Below, piece after piece: positions 52,002 through 62,741 of a stretch of 64,000 nucleotides of DNA. How positions within the stretch are numbered: the first letter of the stretch is position 1; every line of letters starts with the position of its first letter. Source of the DNA: Acidimicrobiales bacterium (GTDB taxonomy: Bacteria; Actinomycetota; Acidimicrobiia; Acidimicrobiales; AC-9); NCBI GenBank assembly GCA_036270875.1, contig DATBBR010000074.1, positions 1,040-65,039 on the forward strand, read 5' to 3'. The position numbers and the translations under genes are program-made. A model generated the notes under the pieces. It did not search any database, had not been told where the DNA came from, and was given only the letters and a program-made list of their open reading frames with translations.

Positions 52002-52861
52002 TGACCCGGGTGCTGCTCACCGGTGCCGGCGGCCAGCTGGGTCGTGATCTCGTGGACGCGTTCGCCGCCAGCGGAGACGGGAAGGCCCACGAGGTGGTGG
52101 CCGCCGACCGGGCCCGGCTCGACGTGACCGACCGGGATGCCGTGCTCCAGGCCATGGGATCCTTTCGCCCCGAGGTGGTGGTGCACGCCGCCGCCTGGAC
52201 CGCCGTGGACGCCTGTGAAGGCGACCCTGACCGGGCCATGGCCGTCAACGCCCTGGGCACCCGCCACGTGGCCGAGGGCGCCCGGCGGGTGGGCGCCCAT
52301 CTCTGCTACCTCTCCACCGACTACGTGTTCGACGGTCGGGCCACGAGGCCGTACACCGAGTGGGACGAGCCCAACCCTCTCTCGGTCTACGGCCGCTCCA
52401 AGCGGGCGGGCGAGGCCGAGCTCGACCGCGGACACGCCGTCGTCCGCACCTCGTGGATCTGCGGCCGCCACGGAACCAACATCGTGCGCACCGTGCTGCG
52501 CCTGGCCGCCGAGGGAGGCCCGCTGCGGTTCGTGGACGACCAGCTCGGGTGCCCGACGTTCACCTCGGACCTGGCTCACGTGGTGCGCGCGCTCGCCCTG
52601 AGCCGCCGGCCCGGAATTTTCCACGTGACCAACCAGGGACCCACCACGTGGTTCGGCTTCGCCCGGGCCATCATGGCCGCGGCCGGGCTCGATCCCGATC
52701 GGGTCGAGGCGGTGACGACCGACGCCCTTCGCCCCCGCCGGCCGGCGCCCAGGCCGGCCAACTCGGTGCTGGACAACGCCGCCCTGCGCCTGTCGGGCCT
52801 CCCCCTGCTTCCGGAGTGGCAGGAGCCGCTCCATCGGCTGGTCAAGGAGATCACCGGATGA
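52001..52861 (+). CDS. rfbD: dTDP-4-dehydrorhamnose reductase
   Basis: TGAGGQLG, AAWTAVD, STDYVFDG, YGRSKRAGE, RTSW, DQLGCPT, RPANSVL. Confidence 0.95.
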   Translation: MTRVLLTGAGGQLGRDLVDAFAASGDGKAHEVVAADRARLDVTDRDAVLQAMGSFRPEVVVHAAAWTAVDACEGDPDRAMAVNALGTRHVAEGARRVGAHLCYLSTDYVFDGRATRPYTEWDEPNPLSVYGRSKRAGEAELDRGHAVVRTSWICGRHGTNIVRTVLRLAAEGGPLRFVDDQLGCPTFTSDLAHVVRALALSRRPGIFHVTNQGPTTWFGFARAIMAAAGLDPDRVEAVTTDALRPRRPAPRPANSVLDNAALRLSGLPLLPEWQEPLHRLVKEITG

Positions 52862-54134
52862 GCTCGATCACCATCGTGGGCACGGGCTACGTGGGTCTCA
52901 CCACCGGCGCCTTTCTCGCCCGCCTCGGCCACGAGGTGACCTGTGCCGACGTCGTCCCGGACAAGATCGAGCAGCTCCGCCGGGGCGAGGTCCCGATCGT
53001 CGAGGACGGCCTCGACGATCTCGTGAGAGAGGGCCTCGACGGTGGGCGGCTGTCCTTCGTGTTGGGGGCGGCGGCGGCCGCCGCCGACCGGGAGTTCGTC
53101 TTCCTGTGCGTGCCGACGCCCCAGCGGGAGGACGGCTCGGCCGACATGGCCTACATCGAGGCCGCCGCCAACGAGATCGGGCCCGTGCTGGCGGCCGAGG
53201 CGGTCGTCGTCAACAAGTCGACCGTGCCGGTCGGCTCGACCAGGGTCGTCGAGCGGGCCCTCGGGCGAAGTGACGTCTCGGTGGTGTCCAACCCGGAGTT
53301 CCTGCGCGAGGGCTCGGCCGTGCACGACTGCTTCCACCCCGACAGGATCGTCATTGGCAGCGACGACCAGGCCGCCGCCATCCGGGTGGCGTCGCTGTAC
53401 AAGGCGATCAAGGCGCCCCTGATCGTCACCGATCCCTCATCGGCGGAGACGATCAAGTACGCGTCGAACGCCTTTCTCGCCACCAAGGTCAGCTTCATCA
53501 ACGCGGTGGCCAACCTCTGCGAGGCTGTGGGCGCCGACGTACGCGAGGTGGTCCTGGGCATGGGCTACGACCGGCGCATCGGTTTCGAGTTCCTGCGTCC
53601 GGGGCCGGGGTTCGGCGGTAGCTGCTTCCCGAAGGACACCCGCGCGCTGGTGCGCATCGGGGAGGACGCCGGCTACGACTTCGGGCTGCTTCGAGGCGTC
53701 ATCGCCGTGAACGAGGAGCAGCACGCCAGGGTCGTGGCCAAGGTCATGGCCCAGGCGGGCGGATCGGTCGACGGCGTGACGGTGGCGGCCTGGGGGCTCA
53801 CCTTCAAGGCGCGGACCGACGACCAGCGCGACTCCCCGGCCCTCCACGTCATCGACCGTCTGGCCGACCACGGGGCGCGCATCCGGGCTTACGACCCGAC
53901 GGTGCGCGGTCTCCTTGGCCCCCCCGGTCGCATCGACGTCTGCGACGACCCGTACGCGGCGTGCGAGGGTGCCGAGGTGCTGGCCGTGCTGACCGAGTGG
54001 GACGAGTTCCGCTGGCTGGACTTCCGCAAGGTGCGCGACCTGATGGCGCGGGCATCGGTCGTCGACGCCCGCAACCTGTTGGACTCCGCTGCCCTGCGTC
54101 GGGCCGGCTTCGCCTACCAGGGGATCGGGCGCCA

Positions 54135-54138
<4 letters not shown>
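52858..54138 (+). CDS. ugd: UDP-glucose/GDP-mannose 6-dehydrogenase
   Basis: [46 protein letters not shown]. Confidence 0.92.
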
Positions 54139-55104
<966 letters not shown>

Positions 55105-55115
<11 letters not shown>

Positions 55116-55821
55116 GGACGAGACGCGCTACCAGAGGCTGTCGGTCGTGATCCCGATGTTCAACGAGCGCAACACAGTGGCCGAGGTCGTTCGTCGGGTG
55201 CGCGCCGTCGACCTCCCGCTGGACCTCGAGGTCATCGTCGTCGACGACGGGTCGACCGACGGCAGCGACAAGATCCTCGCGGCACTCGAGGACTCGACGC
55301 TGCGGGTGCTCACCCATGAGTCGAACCGCGGCAAGGGAGCAGCGATCCGAACGGCCCTCGCCTACGCGAGGGGCGACCTGGTGGTCATCCAGGACGCGGA
55401 CGCAGAGTACGACCCCGACGACTGGCCACGGCTGTTGGATCCCATCCTCAAGGGGAAGGCCCTGGTCGTCTACGGCAGCCGCTTCACCGGCGAGCGCAAG
55501 AGCATGCCCCTCGGCAGCTGGCTGGGCAACCGGCTGCTGTCGCTCATGACGAGCCTGGCCTACGCCACGACGCTCTCGGACATGGAGACGGGCTACAAGC
55601 TCTTCGACCGCCGGGTCCTCGACGGCATCACCATCGAGTCGGACCGCTTCGACTTCGAGCCCGAGATCACGGCCAAAGTCCTGCGCAGGGGGCACCGCAT
55701 CTACGAGGTCCCCATCTCGTATGCAGGCCGGGACTCCAGCGAAGGCACCAAGTTCACCTGGCGGGACGGGATGGGCGCCCTGTGGACGCTCGCCCGCTAT
55801 CGCCTGCGGCCCGATCGGTGA
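55105..55821 (+). CDS. GT2 glycosyltransferase (polyprenol-phosphate sugar synthase-like)
   Basis: [49 protein letters not shown]. Confidence 0.9.
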
Positions 55822-56729
55822 GCCAACCCGGCGCGGAGCGACCTCGCAAGGAGCCCTCGCCCGAGGTCGCCCGGCGGGTCGACGCGGTGGTCGTGAACTA
55901 CAACGCCCGCGACGAGCTGCTCGCGTGCGTGCGGAGCCTGCGGGCCGACGGCGTCGCCGACGTCGTCGTCGTCGACAACGGCTCCGCGGACGGATCGGGC
56001 TCCGCCCTGACTGCAGCCGATCCCGGCGCCAGGCTCGTCGAGACCGGCGCCAACCTCGGCTACGGCGGCGGCGCCAACCGGGGGCTGGCGCAGGGCCATC
56101 GCGAGCTGGTGCTCGTGTGCAACGCCGACGTCGTCGTGCACCCCGGCACCATGGCCGCCATCATGGCCGCCCTCGACGCCGACCCTCGTCTGGCGCTGGT
56201 CGGACCTCGGCTGATCAATCCCGACGAGACGCTGTACCCCTCGGCGCGCACGTTCCCGTCCCTGGTCGACGCCATCGGCCACGGCTTCCTGGGCTTGGTG
56301 GCCCCCCGGAACCGGTTCAGTCGGAGCTACAAGATGCTGGACTGGGACCACCGCGGCAGACGGGGCGTCGACTGGGTGTCGGGGTCGTGCTTCCTCGCCC
56401 GGCGCCGGGCGCTCGAGGACCTGGGCGGCTTCGACGTCTCCTACTTCATGTACCTGGAGGACGTCGATCTCTGCTGGCGTCTCCGGCGCGCCGGGTGGGG
56501 GGTTGCCTACGAGCCGTCAGCGTGTGTCCTCCATGTCCAGGGAGTCTCGACCGATCTGCACCCGTACCGGATGATCGTCGAGCATCATCGATCGCTGCTG
56601 CGATTCGCGTGGCGCACGACGTCGGGCTGGCGCCGGTTCCTGCTGCCCGTGGTCGCCGTGGGACTGGCATTGCGGGCCAGCGCCGCGGCTGCCCAGCGCG
56701 CCGCGGGCAGGCCCCGACCCCCGCGGTAG
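55818..56729 (+). CDS. GT2 glycosyltransferase, WbbL-like rhamnosyltransferase
   Basis: VVVNYN, VDNGSADG, NLGYGGGAN, YPSARTFP, DWVSGSC, FMYLEDVD. Confidence 0.85.
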   Translation: MSQPGAERPRKEPSPEVARRVDAVVVNYNARDELLACVRSLRADGVADVVVVDNGSADGSGSALTAADPGARLVETGANLGYGGGANRGLAQGHRELVLVCNADVVVHPGTMAAIMAALDADPRLALVGPRLINPDETLYPSARTFPSLVDAIGHGFLGLVAPRNRFSRSYKMLDWDHRGRRGVDWVSGSCFLARRRALEDLGGFDVSYFMYLEDVDLCWRLRRAGWGVAYEPSACVLHVQGVSTDLHPYRMIVEHHRSLLRFAWRTTSGWRRFLLPVVAVGLALRASAAAAQRAAGRPRPPR

Positions 56730-56740
56730 GGTCGCAACCC

Positions 56741-57817
56741 GTGAGAGCCGTCGTGCTGGTCGGGGGCGAGGGGACGCGCCTGCGGCCGCTCACCAACACC
56801 ATCCCCAAGCAGCTGCTCCCGGTCGTTGAGCAGACGATGATCGAGCGCGTCCTCTCCCACCTGGCCGCCCACGGTGTGGAGGAGGCGGTGTTGTCGCTCG
56901 GCTATCGGCCGCATGCCTTCTTCACCGCCTTTCCTGAGGGGCGGGCCAGCGGGGTCCGGCTCGGCTACGCCGTCGAGCCCGCGCCGCTGGACACCGCCGG
57001 CGCCATCGCCTTCGCCGCGGCCCATGGCGGCATCGACGAAACCTTCCTCGTCGTGAACGGCGACGTCCTCACCGATATCGACGTGGGCGGGCTGATCCGC
57101 TTCCACCGCAAGCGAGGGGCCGAGGCGTCGATCAGCCTGACGCCCGTTGAGGACCCGTCCGCCTTCGGCGTGGTGCCGACCGACGCCGACGGTCGGGTGC
57201 TCGCCTTCATCGAGAAGCCCGAGCCCGGCAGGGCTCCGACCAATCTGATCAACGCCGGCACCTACGTCCTCGAGCCCTCGGTTCTCGACCTGATCGACCG
57301 CGAGCGGCGCGTGTCGATCGAGCGGGAGACGTTTCCGGCGATGGTGGAGGGCGGGCGACTGTTCGCACTTGCCTCGGACGCCTACTGGGTCGACGCCGGT
57401 ACGCCCGCCAAGTACCTCCAGGCCCACCGCGACCTGCTGTCCGGTGCCCGCCCCGGCCCACCGTCGCCTGGCGCCCGGGAGACATCGCCCGGCGTGTGGG
57501 TGCTGGGTACGCCGGTGATCGACGGTCAGGTGCGGGCCGACTCGCTGATCGGCGACGGCGCCCGTGTGGCGAGCGGGGCGACGGTCGAGGACTCCGTGGT
57601 CGGAGCCGGCGCCCGGGTTGATGGCGGCGCATCGGTGATCGGCTCGGTCCTGCTGCCGGGCGCCTGCGTGGCGGCCGGGGCGACGGTGGACGCGTCCGTG
57701 GTCGGGCCGGCGGCGGTGGTAGGCGAGGGCGCGGTCGTCCGCGGGCTGTCGGTGGTGGGTGCCGGAGCGATCCTCGATCCCGGCGCCCGGGTCGACGGCG
57801 ATCGGGTGCCAGCGTGA
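56741..57817 (+). CDS. NDP-sugar pyrophosphorylase (mannose-1-phosphate guanylyltransferase-like)
   Basis: LVGGEGTRLRPLT...PKQLLP, DTAGAI, VNGDV, FIEKP, INAGTY; C-terminal hexapeptide repeats. Confidence 0.9.
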   Translation: MRAVVLVGGEGTRLRPLTNTIPKQLLPVVEQTMIERVLSHLAAHGVEEAVLSLGYRPHAFFTAFPEGRASGVRLGYAVEPAPLDTAGAIAFAAAHGGIDETFLVVNGDVLTDIDVGGLIRFHRKRGAEASISLTPVEDPSAFGVVPTDADGRVLAFIEKPEPGRAPTNLINAGTYVLEPSVLDLIDRERRVSIERETFPAMVEGGRLFALASDAYWVDAGTPAKYLQAHRDLLSGARPGPPSPGARETSPGVWVLGTPVIDGQVRADSLIGDGARVASGATVEDSVVGAGARVDGGASVIGSVLLPGACVAAGATVDASVVGPAAVVGEGAVVRGLSVVGAGAILDPGARVDGDRVPA

Positions 57818-58830
57818 GGGTCATGGTCACCGGCGGTGCCGGGTTCATCGGCTCGACCCTCGTCGACCGCCTCCTCGCCGAGGGTCACGCCGTGGACGTG
57901 GTCGACGACCTGTCGAGCGGCTCGCTGACGAACCTGGCCGACGCCCGCTCCGGGTCGACGAACGACATGACCTTCCACCACCTCGACATCCGCTCGCCCC
58001 AGCTGGTCGATCTCATGGCCCGGCGGCCGCCAGAGGTGGTCTTCCATCTGGCCGCCCAGGCTGACGTGCGGGTGTCGGTCAACGACCCCGTGCTCGACGC
58101 CGACATCAACATCCTCGGCAGCCTGCGGGTCCTCGAAGGAGCGAGGCGGGCGGGGGTGTCGAAGATCGTCTTCGCCGCCAGCGGCGGCACCCTCTACGGC
58201 GACGTCCGTCCATCCGACCTACCGGCGCGGGAGTCGCTTCCGCAGATCCCGATGTCCCCGTACGGGGTCAGCAAGATGGCCGTGGTCGACTACCTCAAGG
58301 CCTATCGGGAGCTGCACAACATCGAGTTCTGCGCGCTGGCCCTCGCGAACGTCTACGGGCCCCGTCAGGATCCCCACGGCGAGGCGGGCGTGGTCGCCAT
58401 CTTCGCCGGTCACCTCGTCGCCGGCGAGCGCTGCACGATCTTCGGTGACGGCTCCCAGACGCGGGACTTCGTCTTCGTGGACGACGTCGTCGACGCCATG
58501 GCCCGCGCAGGCCAGCGGGGTGGCGGCCTGCTCATCAACGTGGGAACCGGCACCGAGACGTCAGTCCTCCGGCTGTACGAGACGATGGCCAGCGAGGCGG
58601 GCAGCTCGCAACGGCCCGTCCACGCGCCCGCCAGGCCGGGAGAGCTCCAGCGCTCCGCCCTCGACCCCGGGCGGGCGGCCATCCACCTGGGCTGGAAGCC
58701 ATGGACGAGCCTGGCGGAGGGAACGGCTGCCGTGCTGGCGGCGACGTCGCCCGGCGCTGGCGGCGGCGGCCGACGCCGACCGGCCAAGGGCGGGCGCGGA
58801 TCCGGTCAGCGGAACAGATCCTCCCGGTAG
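57814..58830 (+). CDS. NAD-dependent epimerase (UDP-glucose 4-epimerase-like)
   Basis: TGGAGFIGS, HLAAQADVR, SPYGVSK, NVYGPRQDPHGEAGVV, QTRDFVFV. Confidence 0.9.
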   Translation: MRVMVTGGAGFIGSTLVDRLLAEGHAVDVVDDLSSGSLTNLADARSGSTNDMTFHHLDIRSPQLVDLMARRPPEVVFHLAAQADVRVSVNDPVLDADINILGSLRVLEGARRAGVSKIVFAASGGTLYGDVRPSDLPARESLPQIPMSPYGVSKMAVVDYLKAYRELHNIEFCALALANVYGPRQDPHGEAGVVAIFAGHLVAGERCTIFGDGSQTRDFVFVDDVVDAMARAGQRGGGLLINVGTGTETSVLRLYETMASEAGSSQRPVHAPARPGELQRSALDPGRAAIHLGWKPWTSLAEGTAAVLAATSPGAGGGGRRRPAKGGRGSGQRNRSSR

Positions 58831-59501
58831 GGCCGCACCACCTCCGCCGTCACCGACGACTCGCGCAGCCAGGTCGGATCGACCCCGCGCACCACGGCCA
58901 CCGGCACACCTCTTGCCTTGCCCATCACCAGCTCGGCCGCTCCCGCCAGCTCGTCCGCTACGCAGATCTCGGTTCCCACGAGGACCCGGCCCCGCGAGTC
59001 CCGGGTGCCGCGGAGGTCCACCACGGCGGCGACGCCGGCCACCCCGATGGCGACGTCCGTGCTTCCACGGCGCCACGTCCGTCCGAAGGTGTCCGACACG
59101 ACGACCCCTACAGTGACGCCCTTCCGGGCCCGCAAGCCGTCGCGTATGCGGCGCGCCGAGCGGTCGGGGTCGACGGGTAGGAGCGCGGCGCGACCCATCT
59201 CGACGTTCGAGAGGTCGACGCCGGAGTTGGCGCACACGAACCCGTGGCGGGTCTCGGTCATGATCAGGTCCTGCCGGCGGCGCAGGACTCGCGTGGCCTC
59301 GCTCTCGACCAGCTCCCGTACCGATCGGGGATCGTCGGGGTCAACGGGTACCAGTCGCCCTTCGGCCTTGGACACGATCTTCTGGGTGACGACCACGACG
59401 TCGCCGTCGGCGAGGTCGATCCGCTCGGCGATGAGGTCGGCCAGCACGTCGCCGTCGCCGACCTCGGGCAGGCCGGCGACGGGCAGGACCTCCAGGCTCA
59501 C
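58806..59501 (-). CDS. cofE: Coenzyme F420-0:L-glutamate ligase
   Basis: GLPEV...GD, VVTQKIVSKAEGR, ETRHGFVCANSGVDLSN, DPDRSA, SDTFGRTWRRG, ADELA; no C-terminal nitroreductase domain. Confidence 0.93.
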   Translation of the reverse strand: MSLEVLPVAGLPEVGDGDVLADLIAERIDLADGDVVVVTQKIVSKAEGRLVPVDPDDPRSVRELVESEATRVLRRRQDLIMTETRHGFVCANSGVDLSNVEMGRAALLPVDPDRSARRIRDGLRARKGVTVGVVVSDTFGRTWRRGSTDVAIGVAGVAAVVDLRGTRDSRGRVLVGTEICVADELAGAAELVMGKARGVPVAVVRGVDPTWLRESSVTAEVVRPYREDLFR

Positions 59502-60466
59502 GACCGTCTGCCGCCCGCGGCCAGTACCACCTTGGCCAGGGCGGCGGCCCGCTCGGGCGTGCTCATCACCGCCGGGGCCACGACGCACCGCAGCCCCTCG
59601 GCCTCGACCCGGTCGGCGAGGGCGGCGTCCGCCTCGTCCACGACCAGGATGGACGCCAGGCGAGCGTAGAGCCGGGCCACGCCGACCACCGAGGCCTCGT
59701 GGCCGAGCTCGGTGAGCAGCCGGTCAGCGGGGCCCTTGAGGGCGGCGCCGGCCACGATGGGCGACACCGCCACCGTGTCGGCCCGACGGCGGGCGATGGT
59801 CTCCTCGACTCCGGGCACGGCCAGGATCGGCCCGATGGAGACGATGGGATTGGACGGGCACACGACGACCGTGGTCGCCCCCTCGATGGCCTCGAGCACG
59901 CCGGGCGCCGGGCGGGCCGACTCGGCGCCCTCGAAGCGCACGGCCTGTACCTCCACGGCGTGCCGTCGGCGCACGAAGTAGTCCTGGAACTCCACCTCTG
60001 TCTCCTCGGGCCGGCCTCCGGGCTCGCCCCCGCCGTTGCCGGCGAGCGTGACGCGGGTCCGCACCGGGTCGTCGGACATCGGAAGGAGGCTGGGCCCGAC
60101 GCCCCAGCTGGTGGCGACCTCGGAGGTGATGGTCGACAGCGGCGCGCCGTCGTGCAGCCGTTGCGTGCGGTAGAGATGGGTCGCCAGGTCGCGGTCTCCG
60201 AGCCGGAACCAGGTGGCGCCGCCGTAGCGCTCGAGCGCGTCCATGGCCGCCCACGTCTCGCCCGCCAGTCCCCAGCCCGTCTCCGGGTTGACGACGCCGG
60301 CCAGGCTGTAGGTGACGGTGTCGAGGTCCGGGCTCACGTGCAGGCCGTGCAGGACCGTGTCGTCACCCGTGTTGATCACGACGGTGATGTCGCGTTCGGG
60401 GACCACGCGGGTCATGCCCCCCAGCAGGCGGGCGGCGCCCACGCCTCCGGCCAGGGCAGCGATCAC
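59498..60466 (-). CDS. cofD: 2-phospho-L-lactate (PEP) transferase; start could be the ATG at 60514
   Basis: LAGGVGAARL, NTGDD, SPDLDTVTY, WFRLGDRDLATH, PMSDD, FQDYFV, PSNPIVSIGPIL, KGPAD. Confidence 0.95.
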   Translation of the reverse strand: MIAALAGGVGAARLLGGMTRVVPERDITVVINTGDDTVLHGLHVSPDLDTVTYSLAGVVNPETGWGLAGETWAAMDALERYGGATWFRLGDRDLATHLYRTQRLHDGAPLSTITSEVATSWGVGPSLLPMSDDPVRTRVTLAGNGGGEPGGRPEETEVEFQDYFVRRRHAVEVQAVRFEGAESARPAPGVLEAIEGATTVVVCPSNPIVSIGPILAVPGVEETIARRRADTVAVSPIVAGAALKGPADRLLTELGHEASVVGVARLYARLASILVVDEADAALADRVEAEGLRCVVAPAVMSTPERAAALAKVVLAAGGRRS

Positions 60467-60512
60467 GCCTTTCAGGCTAAACCCGGCCAGAACCTTGTGG
60501 GAGGCTCCGGTC

Positions 60513-61670
60513 ATGCGAAGCTCGGGCGCGACGCGTCCGCCGGGCCTTGACGTGGCCTTCGATGCCACGCCTCTGCTGGGGGCGAAAGCGGGTGTCGGCG
60601 CCTTCTGCACGGGCGCCCTGCCCGCCCTGGCCGAGGTCGAGAACTTGTGCGTACGGGCCTTCGCGGTCAGCTGGCGACGTCGGGGGCGGATCGTCGAGCA
60701 TCTCCCCCCGGGGGTGGCGGTGGTCGACCGGCCCATGCCCGCCAGGCCGGTCCACCGCGCCTGGCGATTGACATCGCTTCCGCCGATCGAGTGGTTCACA
60801 GGCGGTGTCGACGTGGTCCACGGCACGAACTTCATCGTCCCGCCGTCTCGGCGAGCGGCCCGGGTGGTCACCGTGCACGACCTCACCACGGTGCGCTTCC
60901 CCGAGATGTGCGACGACTACACGCAGACCTTCCCGCCGCTCGTGCGCCGAGCCATCCAAGAGGGAGCGTGGGTGCACACCCCGTCGGCGTTCGTGCGGGA
61001 AGAGGTGATCGAGCTCCTGGGCGCGGCCCCCGAGCGGGTCCGCGCTGTCCACCACGGTGTCCCCCCCGTCGACAGCTGCGACGCCAGCCTTGCCGAGGGC
61101 GCCGGCTCCGGCCCGGTTCCCGACGGGCCGTACGTGCTCGCCCTGGGAACGATCGAGCCGAGGAAGGACGTCGCCACCCTGGTGCAGGCCTTCGACCAGG
61201 TGGCCGGTCGTCGCCGCGACCTGTACCTGGTGGTGGCCGGGCGCGCGGGCTGGGGCATGGAGCGCTTCGAGGGGGCCGTGGCCGCCTCGCCCTGGCGGGA
61301 CCGGGTGCTGCGACTTGGCTACGTGAGCGACACCCACCGCGCCCGCCTGCTCCGTGGGGCGACGCTGTTCGCGTTCCCGTCGGTGTACGAGGGCTTCGGG
61401 TTCCCGCCACTCGAGGCCATGGTGGCCGGCGTTCCCGTCGTGACCACCACGGCCGGGGCGCTGCCCGAGGTGGTGGGTGACGGGGCCGAGCTGGTGGAGC
61501 CGGGTGACGCCGACGCCCTGGCGGCCGTCATCGATCGGCTGCTGGTCGACGACGGGGCGAGGGCCGACCTGGTGGCCAGGGGGCGACAGCGGATCAGGGC
61601 CTTCAGCTGGAAGGAGTGCGCGGCCGGCCTCGCCGCGCTCTACCGCGCCGCGTCGGCCAGCGCGAGCTGA
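60513..61670 (+). CDS. GT4 (GT-B) glycosyltransferase
   Basis: DVVHGTN, VTVHDL, GTIEPRKD, PSVYEGFGFPPLEAM. Confidence 0.9.
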   Translation: MRSSGATRPPGLDVAFDATPLLGAKAGVGAFCTGALPALAEVENLCVRAFAVSWRRRGRIVEHLPPGVAVVDRPMPARPVHRAWRLTSLPPIEWFTGGVDVVHGTNFIVPPSRRAARVVTVHDLTTVRFPEMCDDYTQTFPPLVRRAIQEGAWVHTPSAFVREEVIELLGAAPERVRAVHHGVPPVDSCDASLAEGAGSGPVPDGPYVLALGTIEPRKDVATLVQAFDQVAGRRRDLYLVVAGRAGWGMERFEGAVAASPWRDRVLRLGYVSDTHRARLLRGATLFAFPSVYEGFGFPPLEAMVAGVPVVTTTAGALPEVVGDGAELVEPGDADALAAVIDRLLVDDGARADLVARGRQRIRAFSWKECAAGLAALYRAASASAS

Positions 61671-61676
61671 GATCCC

Positions 61677-62741
61677 GTGAGGGTGCTGATCGTCGTCGAG
61701 CAGCTGCGCCGGAGGGCCCCCGGTGGCATCGGCACGTACGCCCGCGGCCTGCTCCAGGGTCTGGGGCGCATGAACCCCGCTCCCGACATCGCCCTCCTGG
61801 CCAGCCGGCCCGGAGCGGGTGAGGATCCACTGGCCTCGCTCGGGATGCCGGTCCTGGCCTCGTCGCTGCCGGGCCCGCTGCTGACGCGGGCCTGGGACCT
61901 CGGGGTGTTGGGCGCGCCGGACGGCTTCGACGTGCTGCACGCCGTCTCGACCGCCGTCCCCCGGAGCCGGGCGCCGGCGGTGGCGACCGTCCACGACCTG
62001 GCCTGGCGACAGGTGCCCGAGGCGTTCCCCCCGCGGGGCCGGCGCTGGCACGAGGCTGCGCTGCGACGGACCCTGCGACGAGCCCGGCTCCTGCTCGCGC
62101 CCTCACCGGAGACGGCGGCGGCGCTGCAGGACGCCGGGGCGCCCTCCGAGCGGGTGGCGGTGTTCGAGGAAGGCGCTGACCACCTGCCTCCGGCCGATCT
62201 CGACGGCACCCGCGACCTCCTGAGCCGCGTCGGCGTCGACACGCCATACCTTCTGAGCGTGGGCACCAACGAGCCCAGAAAGAACCTCGACCGTCTGTCC
62301 GACGCCTACGACCAGGCCCGGTCCCGCCTGCCTCAGCCCTGGCCGCTGGTGGTCGTCGGGCCCCAGGGATGGGGGGACGCCCTACGCCCTCGCCCCGGTG
62401 TGGTGCTCGCGGGCGAGGTACCGGCGGCCGTCCTCGCCGGCCTCTACGCCCGGTGTCGCTGCCTGGCCTACGTGCCGCTCCACGAGGGCTACGGCCTGCC
62501 CGCCCTCGAGGCGATGGCCGCCGGCGCCCCGGTCGTCGCCAGCCCCATGCCCAGCACCCAGGGCGCGGCCCTCGAGGTTGATCCCCTGAGCGTCGAAGCC
62601 ATCGCCGACGCGCTGGTATGCGCCTCGCTCGACGGCGCCGACCGAGAGCGGCTCGTCGCCGGCGGGCGAAGGCGCGCCGAGAAGCTCACCTGGGAGTCCA
62701 CTGCCCGCCGCCACGTGGCGCTGTGGGAGCAGCTGCGGTGA
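61677..62741 (+). CDS. GT4 (GT-B) glycosyltransferase
   Basis: ATVHDLA, GTNEPRKN, PLHEGYGLPALEAMA. Confidence 0.9.
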   Translation: MRVLIVVEQLRRRAPGGIGTYARGLLQGLGRMNPAPDIALLASRPGAGEDPLASLGMPVLASSLPGPLLTRAWDLGVLGAPDGFDVLHAVSTAVPRSRAPAVATVHDLAWRQVPEAFPPRGRRWHEAALRRTLRRARLLLAPSPETAAALQDAGAPSERVAVFEEGADHLPPADLDGTRDLLSRVGVDTPYLLSVGTNEPRKNLDRLSDAYDQARSRLPQPWPLVVVGPQGWGDALRPRPGVVLAGEVPAAVLAGLYARCRCLAYVPLHEGYGLPALEAMAAGAPVVASPMPSTQGAALEVDPLSVEAIADALVCASLDGADRERLVAGGRRRAEKLTWESTARRHVALWEQLR

